Of a stretch of 64,000 nucleotides of DNA, positions 28,124 through 40,255 are shown in pieces (the first letter of the stretch is position 1; each line of letters starts with the position of its first letter). The stretch is taken from assembly GCF_000485595.1 (NCBI RefSeq), contig NW_014577064.1, positions 370,479-434,478 of the forward strand, given 5' to 3'. Made by a program: the position numbers and the translations under genes. Under the pieces are notes generated by a model. The model worked only from the letters and a program-made list of their open reading frames with translations, had not been told where the DNA came from and ran no database searches. This DNA comes from Priapulus caudatus. Lineage: Eukaryota.

Positions 28124-29932
28124 GTGAGTTTGCATGTGCTTCCCTCACCAGCGACGATGCTGCTCCGTGCGTGCGTAAAAGCCTTCTCGTGTTTTCCATC
28201 GTTTGTGGCGAAATGTTTTTCCATACCGCGTCGAAATCAATGTTAATCATAGCCTCGTGATGACGCCGCCTGGCCATCGAGTTGTTGTAACAGATATGTC
28301 ATTCAGGCAAAGTTTATGTAATATTTTACATAAATTGAACTCAAGTTGATAGGATGGTGTTGCGCGTGTAGTAGTTGGATAGTGGCAGCGCGCTGTGGTT
28401 AGTCTTGCTTCCATCTTGGCAATAAAAAGAAATGAATACGAGAAGAAGAAGAAGAAGAAGAAGAAGAAGCTAATGGCATGGTTGTGCTTGCTTACGTTAC
28501 TATCGCTAATGCACGCACGAGATCCGTGGCGACCGTGTCACGATATGACGTCATTGCCTGGTCCCCTCAATATAATCGAAATTATAAGGCAATGATTCTT
28601 TTTTTTAGTTCAAAGTAATAATAATAATAGAAAATACAATCTCTCGTATGTAACTAATTAATTTGATTTTTAGATAAACCTTCGCGATATTGTATAAAAC
28701 GTCACCATATTGTATATTCATGTATTTGGCAGTCCTGCCGCGTCTAAATTGTTGTTATTATGCTTTCACATGTTTTCCTGTGTGTTGTCGCGTGTTCGCA
28801 CGTAGCTACGTGGTAGTGGTAGTGGTAGTGGTAGTGGTAGTGGACATCATACGTGATGTAGCTCAGATGTCACCGCATCGTGCTCAATGGGGAAGCATTT
28901 ACGTTAGATTTCGCATCAGCCATTGTGCGATCACTAATTGTCACTTCCCCCGCATCTGTTCCCCCGCTGCTTCGGTTTCGCATGTGATTTTTTTCGTGAC
29001 GTTATTAAAGAAATGTGTTTGACTTCATGAACCAGAAACGTGATTCATCAAAAAATTTTTACACTGATGGTACGATGTTCGTGGTTTGCAACAATGCGCA
29101 CCATCTCACCAACCATATAACAACCATAAGCAAATAATAAATAATAAATAAATAAATAATAAATAATAATAATAATAATAAATAATAATTTAATAGCAAC
29201 CATATGCATATTATATCAAAACAAATGGTAGTGCTGTGAACGAATGTCAGGTCTGTATTCGAGAGCGTATGCATGTGTATGTGCGTTCGTGCGCGCGCGG
29301 ATGTGTGTCTGCATGCGCGTGTGTGTGCGTGTGCGTGTGCGTGTGCGTGTACATGTGCGTGTGCGCGATTGCGTGCGTGTGCGTGTGCGTGTGCGTGTGC
29401 GTGAGCGGAGCGCACACTGGCGTGTACGTGTGAGTATGCGTATCCATCTGTGAGCGTGCATACGTGCGCGCGCTGTTGCGTGCATTTTCAATAGCAAAAA
29501 CCATATGAATAGACAATTTGGCATACATGAATTTAAATAATTCATATTGTGGTAGAGTTTTTTACAACCCCCTGCAACTTTTCAGTTATATTTAACGACA
29601 GGAGGTTACTAATAACATGGTATTTTCTTTGCAGGTATCTTCAAAAGAATATGCTTCATAGAGTGCCAGCCGAGGCGCTTCACACAGTGCAGTATCTACA
29701 GATACTGTAAGTTGTAAAAAATTCCATTTAATCTGATTTCTTTGGTTTTTGCTGCTCTTGTGTTTCTATGTTGCTGGTGAATGTTGGCGCAGGTACCGAA
29801 GCTCAGTATCGATGGACGGTGTTTAATTAAATCAAGAGCAAGGACAAAATTTCAACCTGCCGTTACATCCCATATTAAAAACACCCAGCGAAGAAATCTA
29901 CGCGTTCGTGTGCACACACACACACACGCGCG

Positions 29933-29969
<37 letters not shown>

Positions 29970-29970
29970 T

Positions 29971-30054
29971 TATATCAAGAGCTAAAAATACCTTATTATT
30001 AGCTTAGGGCTATTATTACCTTATTTTTATAAGGTATTGTTAGCTCTTGATATA
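29971..30054. repeat. 84-bp hairpin element between (CA)n and (TA)n
   Basis: TATATCAAGAGCTAA...TTAGCTCTTGATATA; exact reverse complement of 37513-37596; shorter relatives at 105-148 and about 23903-23947. Confidence 0.9.
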
Positions 30055-30680
30055 TATATGGTGATGTTTGTGTAGAATGTCACATAGTCCAGCATAATCT
30101 TTGTCCTTTGGTAGAGTAGGCGCACAAAGATCTTTCAGCAGTGCGTACGTCTTTGGTTCAACCAGCATTATCGAGACTTTCTTCTCGTTGGCTATTCCGT
30201 TGGCGTCGATGAGCGCATCTAGCCGTTCAATTATCATTCCGCATACGAGGTCCAATCGTCGGTTGCATCATACGGTTCTAGGTTCCCAATCATCGCCATC
30301 CTTACTTTATTGTGAACTTCGAACGTTCTGTTCCAGCCTCGTCGCCAATTCGTAATGTCTGTGGGTTGATTAGGCTAGATTGGGACGGATACACTTGGAC
30401 ACAAAAACACTACGTCTAAGCAGCAGGTTTAGCCATATTGAAAGAGGGTTTATTACAATAGGTGGCGCTGTATTAAAACAACGTAACATCGGGGTACAGG
30501 CTAATACATTATGCATGTGTACAATGTAACCTGTATAATACAGTCGTTATGTTCCGCACGGCGAGTAGGCCCTCTAGCGGCCATTACGATCAGGAGCGGT
30601 AATCATTAACGTTAGTGTACAATGTAGATTAAATTCACTTAGTTATTTCGGCATTACCAGATTAATTTTCGCTAAGCTAA

Positions 30681-31040
30681 AGCCCGGCTCATACGTGAGT
30701 AATTTTACTCAGTAAAATTATGCATGCGTCAAAATACTCAAAATCAAACTTGTTTGATGAATTTTGACTCACGCGTCAAAATACTCAACGTGTGCGCGCT
30801 AGCTGCGTAAATTTACTCAACACTGGTACTTACAGCGCATGCGTTTAAATCATTTTAAAGTTGGCTGCGCCCAGTATTGGCTGCGCCCAGTCACCTGATC
30901 GGCATTACCACTTATATCACAGACTTATACCTTGAGTAATTTTACTCACGTGTGCGGCGGATGTTGAAAATATTTCGTGTGTGTATTTTGACGCATGCAT
31001 CATTTTGTTCGAGTAAAATTACTCACGTGTGCGCCGGGCT
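30681..31040. mobile_element. 360-bp MITE, PIF/Harbinger (Tourist)-like, copy 1
   Basis: TIRs AGCCCGGC.CATACG.GAGTAATTTTACTC and GAGTAAAATTACTCACGTGTGCGCCGGGCT; TAA-like flanks. Confidence 0.75.
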
Positions 31041-31281
31041 AATGAGCGTAATTAATGAGCATACATAATGAGCATACATGATGAGCATACATGCGAAACC
31101 TACCGAATCAACGCATATATAGAATGGCACGATAATACGATGCATGCACGAATGTATCTCATGTTCATATCATTGTGTGAGGGAGGTGTTTACGCCGACA
31201 GCGCATGATGTTAGTCGCCTGCATGCTCATCGGAAGCGTCCGCGGCTTGCAATAAGACGCGTCATTGATCGGCTTATTCAG

Positions 31282-31425
31282 GAATCTCGAAGGCAATAAC
31301 ATCACGCATATCGAGGACTACGCTTTCAGAAACAACACGCATCTCACGATGATCAAAGTGACGGGCAACCGCATGTACAATGTCAGCAGGAAAGCGTTCA
31401 CCGGACTGCCGAACCTAAAGAAGCT
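31282..31425 (+). CDS. rk: LRR exon (144 nt, two LRRs), copy 1 of a duplicated exon
   Basis: ttattcAG / GTGAGT, phase 2-2; NLEGNNITHIEDYAFRNNTHLTMIKVTGNRMYNVSRKAFTGLPNLKKL; identical to 37330-37473. Confidence 0.8.
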
Positions 31426-31460
31426 GTGAGTATTCGAATATGGCGTCGTATATATATATA

Positions 31461-31569
31461 CATTCGCCAAATTATAGTAAGATAAGTGGCGCTGTATCAA
31501 AACAACATAACATCGGGGTACAGGCTAATACATTATGCCTGATAACAATGTAGATCTCAATATCTTACA
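31461..31569 (-). repeat. 3' LTR remnant, internally deleted and truncated at (TA)n
   Basis: Follows the PPT; shares its start and the block cgctgtatcaaaacaacataacatcggggtacaggctaatacattatgc with the 5' LTR. Confidence 0.75.
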
Positions 31570-31570
31570 A

Positions 31571-31584
31571 TTCTCCCCCCCCCC
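31571..31584 (-). promoter_or_regulatory. Polypurine tract GGGGGGGGGGAGAA
   Basis: One base upstream of the TG of the 3' LTR on the minus strand. Confidence 0.85.
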
Positions 31585-32099
31585 AAGTAAACTAAAAGTT
31601 GCAAAAAACGTTTAGCGATGTCACCAATGACATTAAGGTCATTTACAGAAGCTATTGTTATGCTTTCCAAATTCTTTTATCTTTATATATGTTAACAACA
31701 TCTACTATCTACAAACTACATGTGCAACATAAATTCTAGGCATATTCTGCGAATTTAAAACTGCACGATGAATCGTATCGCGGAATACAGAATGATTATT
31801 GACAAAGTGATACATGTGTATGAAACATGTTTCAACTAATATTTATCAGAATGAATCACCAAGATTCAACAAAATAATAAAGCTAATCATTAGTTCAATG
31901 ATTCCGTCTTCACCGAGTTTGATCACTACATTTCAGAAATTAGTCTCTGAGGACATTTCACCACTCTCGTTGAGCGTCGTAGGCTTGTACTGGCGCTAGC
32001 GGTGTCCCCAGACGCATCGTTCACCATTGTAGAATCATCGGCTGATCGCTGTGGTTCTAGTCTAGCTACACTCTCTAGCGAACTTGACTGCGGCTAATC

Positions 32100-35000
32100 C
32101 GTGGGTAGGCATTCGCGTGTTGGCAGTAGAGTTTCTCTTATTTGTTCCACATGTCTCTTTCACAATCCACCTTCCTGCGTTTCAACAGAATAAGAAAGGG
32201 GACCAAGCGATTCAACAATTTTGCCCATCACCCATTTGTCGCTTCCTCTATACTCTCTGACTAACACTGTTTCCCCGATTCTGAATTCACGTGGCTTCCC
32301 GGCGTTCACTCTTTGTGCCGCTTGCCTTTCGGACACTTTTCGCTACAAATCAGGTTGAATCACGTCAAGCCGCGTTCTCAGGTTTCGTTTCAGAAATAAC
32401 TGCGCAGGACTAACATCTGTCGTTGCATGAGGTGCATTCCTGTAGTACATCAGGAAATTGTCCAATTTCAGTTGCTTTCCATCCTTATCAAACTTGGCAG
32501 TTTTCAACGCGTTCTTGAACGATTGCACAAATCGCTCAGTGAGGCCATTAGTGGCGGGATGATAGGGTGCAGCATTAACCTGCGTTATACCATTATTTCA
32601 CAGAAACGTCGCAAATTCCGAAGACTTGAAGTGCGGTCCATTGGCAGCTACAGTTTCTTATACATACGAGGCACAGTGGCGCACCGCCGTTGTCAAATTT
32701 CACATCGCCGTTGTGAAAATGTTCCTGTATTTACCTGCCGAATATTAAAAGTGATATTTTATTTTCAGGGTGCCTCAAATGCAGTCCAAGACATTCAAAT
32801 TCATAAATTTTTGCTGGGGAGACCCCGCAGAACCCTCTCAGCGAGAGGGGAAGTTCCCCCTTTCCCTCACGTCCGCCTGCAGCGTCCGCGTGCGTTCTAC
32901 AGCACGCCTTTGAATCCATCATGCCAGTTCTTCCGCAAACTGGCCATTACCTCCTTTGTTTAATTTTCCCTCAGAAGAATACTACCGTTTTACAGATTCC
33001 GTACCGTGCAAATACGCTTCTGAGTAAAGTAATCGTTTTAGCAGACGAACTGTCTTTCATCGCCAACACCTCTGGCCACTTAGAGTGTGCGTTAACAATC
33101 ACTAGGTACATAATACCATTAATTGGTCCTGCGTAATCAATGTAAATGCGGTCGAAAACTCCCTCCGGCCATTCCTATGGCTGTAACGGTGCTTTACGTG
33201 CTTCCTTTGTGCCAGTTGACATCCCGGACATGACTTCGCTATCGCTTCGACCTGCTGGTCCATTTTAGGCCACCAGCAGTATCCGCGTGCAACTAACTTC
33301 ATTTTCACTACACCGAGATGTCGCATGTGTAACTCATCGCATACTGCCTGCTGTAGCTTTGGGGTATCACCATTCGATTTCCCCACAAAGCACAATCTTC
33401 CACCAGAGACAATTCATAGCGTCGTCTGTAATACGCTTCAAATTCAGGCTTCCTTTTGCTAGGCCAGCCATTTCGCACATACATAACAACACGCGATAGT
33501 GTTGGGTCACGTCGTGTTTGTTCCTTAATTTGCTTGAAGGATACAGGCAATACTTCGAAACAGTCAGTGTAGACCAGCTCCAAGTCGTCTGGTTTCTTAG
33601 AATTGCTCACTTTGCATGGCTAGGGTAATCGCGAAAACGCGAGAGCGTTAGCGTGATCCACGCTCTGTCGATATTGTATCTCATAGTCAAATCCCTTCAC
33701 ATATATCGCTTGTCGCGTCAGTCTCGCAGCCCCTGTAGTTGGAATTTCTTTCGACGGATTTAACTATCGCGTAAGTGGTTGATTGTCCGTCAGCAGCGTA
33801 AATTTTCTTCCTATCAGGTATGCACTAAATTTCTGAACACCAGCGCTTCCTTGTCTATCTGAGAATAGTTATTTTTCGCTATGGACAAACTGCGAGATAC
33901 GAATGCGACAGGTCTCTGTTCTATTCCCACCACGTGCGATAATACAGCACCTATACCGTAGGGAGAAGCGTCAGTAGCTAGCTTGATCGACAGTCTTGGA
34001 TCGTAGCGTGCCAACACTTGCTCTTCTGCAATCATTAACTTGGCCCTTTTGAAAGCATCCTGGAACTCCCTTGTCCATAACCAAATCTTTCCCCTTTGTA
34101 GCAACTGATTGAGTGGGTATATTGCTGACGAGAGGTTTGGTAGACATCTATGATAATAGTTCAACAAACCCAAGAACGAACGAAGTGTTTGAACATCCGT
34201 CGGTGCAGGTGTGTTTACTTACTCTAAGACGTCTACCTTATCCTGTGACATATGCTAACCGTCCCTGTCGATGAGGTGACTCATAAATGCCACACTAGGC
34301 TGCAATAATTTACATTTCTTTGCGTTCAGCACTAGCCCGTGTTCGCTAAGCCGTATGAAGACTTTCTCTAGCCTCGTCAAGTGCTCGTCATCGTTCGCTT
34401 CAGTCATGGTGATGTCATCCAATATGCATTCGATTCCAGGAATTCCTTGTAGAACCTGCTCCATGAGCCGTTGCCACATTCCAGTCGCGGGTTTTAACCC
34501 GTACTGGAGCCTGTTCACTCGGTACAGACCCTTGTACGTGTTTATGGTAAGCAAGTCCTTTGACTTATCGTCCATTTCCAAATGCAGATATGCATTTTTC
34601 AGATTGAGTTTGGTAAACTTCTCGCCGGCAGCTAACTTTGCGAAAACATCCTCAATCCTGGGCATTGGGTGTTTGTCTGGTCGCAGCACTAGGTTTAGGG
34701 TTATACTATAGTCTCCGCATAATCTTACCGATTTATCAACCTTGATAATTGGTACAACAGGCGTGGCCCAATCACTGAACGGAACTGGCGTGATAATGTT
34801 ATCATTTTCTAGCCTTTCCAACTCCAATTCCACTGCGGGGCGGATGGAGTAAGGCACGTTCCTTGCCTTGCAGAATTTCGGAGTCGCATTCTCCTCCAGG
34901 TGTAGTCGACCTACGTTCCCCTTTAAATGTCCAACCTTGTCGGAGAACAATCCCGAAAACTTTTCGATCAGATTGTCAACACGCCCTTGAATCGTTTCGT

Positions 35001-35400
35001 CTGCGCGTGACGTCACGTTCGTAGTCGCGTGTACCTCCATGGCGAATATCTCGTTCTACGGTAGCTTCATCTTTCTCAGCCACGATCTACCGAATAAGGG
35101 CGGTCCTCCCTTTTCTACAACGTATATTTCGTCGTTCACGTCATGGCCATTGTCGGTAATGTGCACTTTGTATGCACCGAGGCACTTAATTCTCTCGCCT
35201 GAAATCGAATTCTTCTCGATTAATTCTCTTCTTACGAAATCGTCCTTAGCGTCGCCTAGCTTCGCGTCAGGGAAATACTTTATAAAATCTTGCTGGTTTA
35301 TGTTGCTGTATGAAGCCCCCGTGTCCAGTTCCTTGGGAACATTTACGTCGTTTAGATGTTACGTTGTTGATGAATTAACCTTATTTACTCGCATGTTCTG
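32100..35400 (-). pseudogene. pol: Gypsy pol remnant (protease, RT, RNase H, integrase)
   Basis: ELDTGAS protease; WATPVVPIIK..VRLCGDY and CILDDI in RT (ORF 34255-35040); ATDASPYGIGAVLSH RNase H; H..HLG..KMK..AR..CWWP..C..C integrase zinc finger; PYHPATNGLTERFVQSFK. Confidence 0.93.
32674..32980. mobile_element. Non-autonomous DNA-transposon-like insertion interrupting the integrase core
   Basis: Integrase reads FARYGICKTVV, then ~320 bp of unrelated DNA starting CAGTGGCG (hAT-like TIR), then resumes TVAANGPHF. The far TIR was not clearly found. Confidence 0.55.
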
Positions 35401-35499
35401 AATATGCCGCTGTGTTGTAAATCATCAGATTCATCCGACTGTTGGTCAACATTGTGAACCTTTCGCTGTTGTTGCTTTCTGCGAGCTGTTTGTTGGGGT

Positions 35500-36306
35500 T
35501 TTTTCGCCGTGCTGTTTTTCTTCTTGAAACAAGCTTTCTCAATGTGGCCATCAACTGAAAAAAGTTACACTTCGTTTTGATGAACCTACAGTTATCTGGT
35601 GCGTGCCTAGATCCAAGAAACGGTATTGCAGGGTTAGAATAACGGTGTGTATATTGACGTTAGTCACACAGCCTGGTCGGGTTAGTTTGTGCCTTGAGCC
35701 ATCGCACCGGCAGCAACGTGTTTTGTTAGTTGACCTCGGAAATCGATGTGCGTGTGTAGCGCTCTTTCTTTGAACGTAATCTACATTCGCTCGTGGTGGT
35801 TTTCCGCTGATCTCGGTTAATATGAACATGATTAATTCATAAAGTTATATTAAAATGATCTGGCCGCTTCTATACCCGATGCAACATCTGTAGCCTTTCT
35901 CAACGTTAGATCTATTTCAGTGAGCAGGCGCTTCTGAATGGACGTGAGTGTTAATCCAAACACAATCTTGTCCCTGAGGGATTCGTCTAGGCGATCACCA
36001 AAATTTCAATGTTTAGCTAAATCTTTCGGCGATAACGAGTGGTTTTTGTGAATGGTGAGTGGTTTTGGTGATGTTTGTGTAGAATGTCACATAGTCCAGC
36101 ATAATCTTTGTCCTTTGGTAGAGTAGGCGCACAAAGATCTTTCAGCAGTGCGTACGTCTTTGGTTCAACCAGCATTATCGAGACTTTCTTCTCGTTGGCT
36201 ATTCCGTTGGCGTCGATGAGCGCATCTAGCCGTTCAATTATCATTCCGCATACGAGGTCCAATCGTCGGTTGCATCATACGGTTCTAGGTTCCCAATCAT
36301 CGCCAT
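35500..36306 (-). pseudogene. gag: Gypsy gag remnant
   Basis: MAMIGNLEPYDATDDWTSY..ERLDALIDANGI...TYALLKDLCAPTLPKDK...KPLVIAERF; zinc-knuckle remnants RCCRCDGSRH and KC...GHIEKAC; frameshifted. Confidence 0.85.
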
Positions 36307-36344
36307 CCTTACTTTATTGTGAACTTCGAACGTTCTGTTCCAGC

Positions 36345-36354
36345 CTCGTCGCCA
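36345..36354 (-). promoter_or_regulatory. Primer binding site TGGCGACGAG (second copy at 30338-30347)
   Basis: TGG-starting motif immediately 3' of the 5' LTR and upstream of the gag ATG at 36306. Confidence 0.8.
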
Positions 36355-36357
36355 ATT

Positions 36358-36627
36358 CGTAATGTCTGTGGGTTGATTAGGCTAGATTGGGACAGATACA
36401 CTTGGACACAAAAACACTGCGTCTAAGCAGCAGGTTTAGCCATATTGAAAGAGGGTTTATTACGATAGGTAGCGCTGTATCAAAACAACATAACATCGGG
36501 GTACAGGCTAATACATTATGCATGTGTACAATGGAACCTGTATAATACAGTCGTTATGTTCCGCACGGTGAGTAGGCCCTTTAGCGGTCGTTACGATCAG
36601 GATCGGTATTCATCTCAATATCTTACA
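36358..36627 (-). repeat. 5' LTR of the Gypsy element (~270 bp)
   Basis: TG start shared with the 3' LTR; ends just before the PBS; internal segment matches 31488-31538. The 3' end is approximate. Confidence 0.8.
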
Positions 36628-36715
36628 GGAGTTATATTTGAAAACACGCTTCCATCTCCGTTTGGAAATTCACTTACTTATTTCGGCCTTACCAGATTAG
36701 TTTTCGCTAAGCTAA

Positions 36716-37075
36716 AGCCCGGCGCATACGGGAGTAATTTTACTCAGTAAAATTATGCATGCGTCAAAATACTCAAAATCAAACTTGTTTGATGAATTTT
36801 GACTCACGCGTCAAAATACTCAACGTGTGCGCGCTAGCTGCGTAAATTTACTCAACACTGGTACTCACGGCGCATGCGTTTAAATCATTTTCAAGTTGGC
36901 TGCGCCCAGTATTGGCTGCGCCCAGTCACGTGATCGGCATTACCACTTATACCACAGACTTATACCTTGAGTAATTTTACTCACGTGTGCGGCGGATGTT
37001 GAAAATATTTCGTGTGTGTATTTTGACGCATGCATCATTTTATTCGAGTAAAATTACGCACGTGTGCGCCGGGCT
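36716..37075. mobile_element. 360-bp MITE, PIF/Harbinger-like, copy 2
   Basis: Same element within the duplicated block. Confidence 0.75.
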
Positions 37076-37329
37076 AATGAGCGTAATTAATGAGCATACA
37101 TAATGAGCATACATAATGAGCATACATGATGAGCATACATGCGAAACCTACCGAATCAACGCATATATAGAATGGCACGATAATACGATGCATGCACGAA
37201 TGTATCTCATGTTCATATCATTGTGTGAGGGAGGTGTTTACGCCGACAGCGCATGATGTTAGTCGCCTGAATGCTCATCTGAAGCGTCCGCGGCTTGCAA
37301 TAAGACGCGTCATTGATCGGCTTATTCAG

Positions 37330-37473
37330 GAATCTCGAAGGCAATAACATCACGCATATCGAGGACTACGCTTTCAGAAACAACACGCATCTCACGATGA
37401 TCAAAGTGACGGGCAACCGCATGTACAATGTCAGCAGGAAAGCGTTCACCGGACTGCCGAACCTAAAGAAGCT
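37330..37473 (+). CDS. rk: LRR exon (144 nt, two LRRs), copy 2 of a duplicated exon
   Basis: Same sequence and splice sites as 31282-31425. Confidence 0.85.
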
Positions 37474-37512
37474 GTGAGTATTCGAATATGGCGTCGTATA
37501 TATATATATATA

Positions 37513-37596
37513 TATATCAAGAGCTAACAATACCTTATAAAAATAAGGTAATAATAGCCCTAAGCTAATAATAAGGTATTTTTAGCTCTTGATATA
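37513..37596. repeat. 84-bp hairpin element, inverted copy of 29971-30054
   Basis: Base-for-base reverse complement, including the adjacent (TA)n and AAAG(TG)n flanks. Confidence 0.9.
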
Positions 37597-37599
37597 AAA

Positions 37600-37642
<43 letters not shown>

Positions 37643-37709
37643 TGAGAGAGAGAGAGAGAGAGAGGGTGGGCGTATGTGTGTGTAAGAGTGTGCGTGCGTG
37701 CGCGTGTGT

Positions 37710-37749
<40 letters not shown>

Positions 37750-37937
37750 TGTGCGTGTTGTATGNNNNNNNNNNTATATATATATTATAATGCTATCTAG
37801 GCAAATGAAAATACGTAGAATATATTAGTAGATATAATTCCAATAAGCCTCCCAATATATTATATGGTAATCATGTGTTAGAACACCAATGTAACAAATC
37901 AACAAATCACGCTACCAATCACTTAAACAATTACGGA

Positions 37938-38088
37938 ATCAATCACGCAATCAATCACGCAATTAATCACGCAATTAATCACGCAATTAATCACGCAATT
38001 AATCACGCAATTAATCACGCAATTAATCACGCAATTAATCACGCAATTAATCACGTAATCAATAACGTAATCAATGACGTAATCAATT
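37938..38088. repeat. 12-bp tandem repeat (AATCACGCAATT)n
   Basis: Perfect core with degenerate edges. Confidence 0.92.
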
Positions 38089-38174
38089 GAGATTTAACTC
38101 TCTTCACACGCACCGCCAAAGAAAACGATGAGCGTTTTAGCATCTGCTGTAGTCTAATCGTTGTCTTGATACAG

Positions 38175-38315
38175 TGCCCTTACAGAGCTGCGCGACCAGC
38201 ACGAGTTTCCTGACTTAAATGGCACGAACTCTCTCATCGAACTCACTATAGAGCAGGCCGTTCTCACCCGAATACCGGACCAATTCTGCGGCAACATGCA
38301 ATACCTGCGCAGTCT
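38175..38315 (+). CDS. rk: LRR exon (141 nt) with the FPDLNGT motif of type-B LGRs
   Basis: gatacAG / GTACGT, phase 2-2; ALTELRDQHEFPDLNGTNSLIELTIEQAVLTRIPDQFCGNMQYLRSL, matching the FPDLxGT...IPxxxC segment of LGR4/5/6 and rickets. Confidence 0.9.
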
Positions 38316-39390
38316 GTACGTATTACACTCATCCCCCGGAGGGGCGATTATGGCGAATTCAACAGAGTGCATGTAGTAGATGTAGACGTAGATATCTACA
38401 TTCATTTTCATCGGTACATTTAAAACAGTGAACATGAGCTGGAAAGCTTTTTAACCGATATCTATCAAATGTATAAAAACAGTTATAACAACATATCATT
38501 TCATTAGAAATATACAAGTTTAAGATACAGGTATTGGTATGATAAAATATAAAGTAAGGACATGTTACTGTTTGGGCTGTGGGCAATGTATATGATCAAT
38601 GAGAATGCAATTGCAATTACATTTCATGTTGCTGTTGAATATATTTGCACATCACCTGAACCTACACATTGCACACATGCATTTCTTGCCCATCCATGTA
38701 TTTATCATTTTGTATGGCGATATGACCTTTCTGTGACAAAGGAAGTATCTTCCTATGATAAATAGTGTCATAGGAGAGCGTATATGCGTATGTCGTGTTT
38801 GTCATAGATGCAAGCAGAACAGGTTGCGTGAGCGCTCGCAGTGTCTGCGTGCGAATCTCGTATGCACGTATGAAGACGGTTGTCGTGTAGCGACGCTATC
38901 GTGCTGCGATATTCCGTATTATATGGCGACCCTCCCACAGCTCCTCGCGTGTTCATTTAACGAAGAAAACCTTTGGGTTCCTTCCCACATGGGGACAATA
39001 CGCGCGCACATGGCAACATGGACTCAGATATCCTATTCTGGCCGACGACAAAAAATCGCCGAAAGACGAAAATCTTCTAGTCCGACGCGCTGGACCAAAG
39101 CCAGATACTGAAGGCAGGAATCTCTAGCACACGGAGAAGCGCCTACCATACTAGGAGATTATTGTATCGCAGACAAAAATCTCCTAATCTGTGAATGGCT
39201 CTGCAGACGTTACTCCTCAGGATTCGATGTTTGGTATTGCGAAAATCTTGTCTAGTCGTAATTTCGGTCAGCTATTTTCCCCTAGGGTGCAGTCTGCGTC
39301 AGCGAATTGCCTTCGTTTAGAGGCATTTACAGTGATTTGAATGCGACCTAGCTTTCGACCACCTGCTTACTTCATTCGTTACTGTTCCAG

Positions 39391-39456
39391 GGATTTGCAT
39401 TCGAATCGGATCAGCCACGTGCCGTCGTTATCGGGCTGCCGGGAGCTGCGCGTACT
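39391..39456 (+). CDS. rk: LRR exon (66 nt)
   Basis: ttccAG / GTGAGT, phase 2-2; DLHSNRISHVPSLSGCRELRVL, like the short PxLSxCxxLxxL repeat of rickets and LGR4-6. Confidence 0.88.
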
Positions 39457-40255
39457 GTGAGTGTACCTATAGACATACGGCGTGTTTCGATCGCCGACAT
39501 TTGAATCGTTCTTCATCGTCCTTTGTGTACACCGGCAAGCATGTGCGCCATTATCGTATTTCGATTGCGGCTTGGAACGTTGCACGGAGTCTGCGTTGTC
39601 ATGTCAACGCTATAGACCGAAGATTCATCCTAACTAGTTTTAACTAATTGCCTGAAATCATTGTTTGGTGGGGGGAGATTACATAACGTGAACGTGACAG
39701 CGATTGTAGTGCTATTCCAAATAAGTATAACCACGAGTCCATTATAGAGTCTCTATTAATCTCTATAGGGACTCTATTATGGACTCCTGGTAAGATTTAT
39801 CGGTAGTACGTTGCTACGCGATCGGGTGATGGCGTTCTCCTCGCTTTATCGTACGCCTAGTTTTTGTTTTAATTTTACGATCGTTTAGGTGATGGCCCTC
39901 AGATGTAGGTTAATGAATTGCGAGATGGAGATGCAGAGCGATAGGAGAAGAGAAATGCGAGAAATACGTGAAAATGGTTGTGTGCGCCTGACGCAATAAA
40001 AAAAGAAAGAAAACGGAAAAACAAAGAGAAGAGAGTGTGAAAGAAAGAAGGAATGAGAGAAATAAATAACAACAACAAAATATAAAAACAAAGAAGAGAA
40101 AAAAGGCCCAGTGTGCAAAGATGATAAATATTTGTGGAAAATGACTTTGTGCATGTTTGTGCGTGTGGGTGTGTGTGTGCTCGGTGAGTGCCATGTAGGT
40201 GTGTGGGCGTGTGGCCGCGGGGGGACAGGAGAGTCTGTGCGTGTTGTCGGAGTTT

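Larger units (their letters stand above)
30059..31460 (+). repeat. Direct duplication of 36066-37508 (gag start, PBS, LTR, MITE, LRR exon)
   Basis: Near-identical with scattered SNPs; one diverged patch where the LTR start is replaced (about 30600-30630 vs 36608-36667); copy 1 is bounded by (TA)n on both sides. Confidence 0.95.
31461..36627 (-). mobile_element. Decayed Ty3/Gypsy LTR retrotransposon (Mag-like), antisense in an LGR intron
   Basis: 5' LTR starts TGTAAGATATTGAGA at 36627; PBS; gag-PR-RT-RH-IN order; PPT; 3' LTR remnant starts with the same sequence at 31569; many stops and frameshifts. Confidence 0.93.

Noticed and set aside
28472..28595. Signal-peptide-like MAWLCLLTLLSLMHA ORF as a possible first exon
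   Set aside because: It lies between internal LRR exons, has no convincing donor site and ends in a stop; likely chance.
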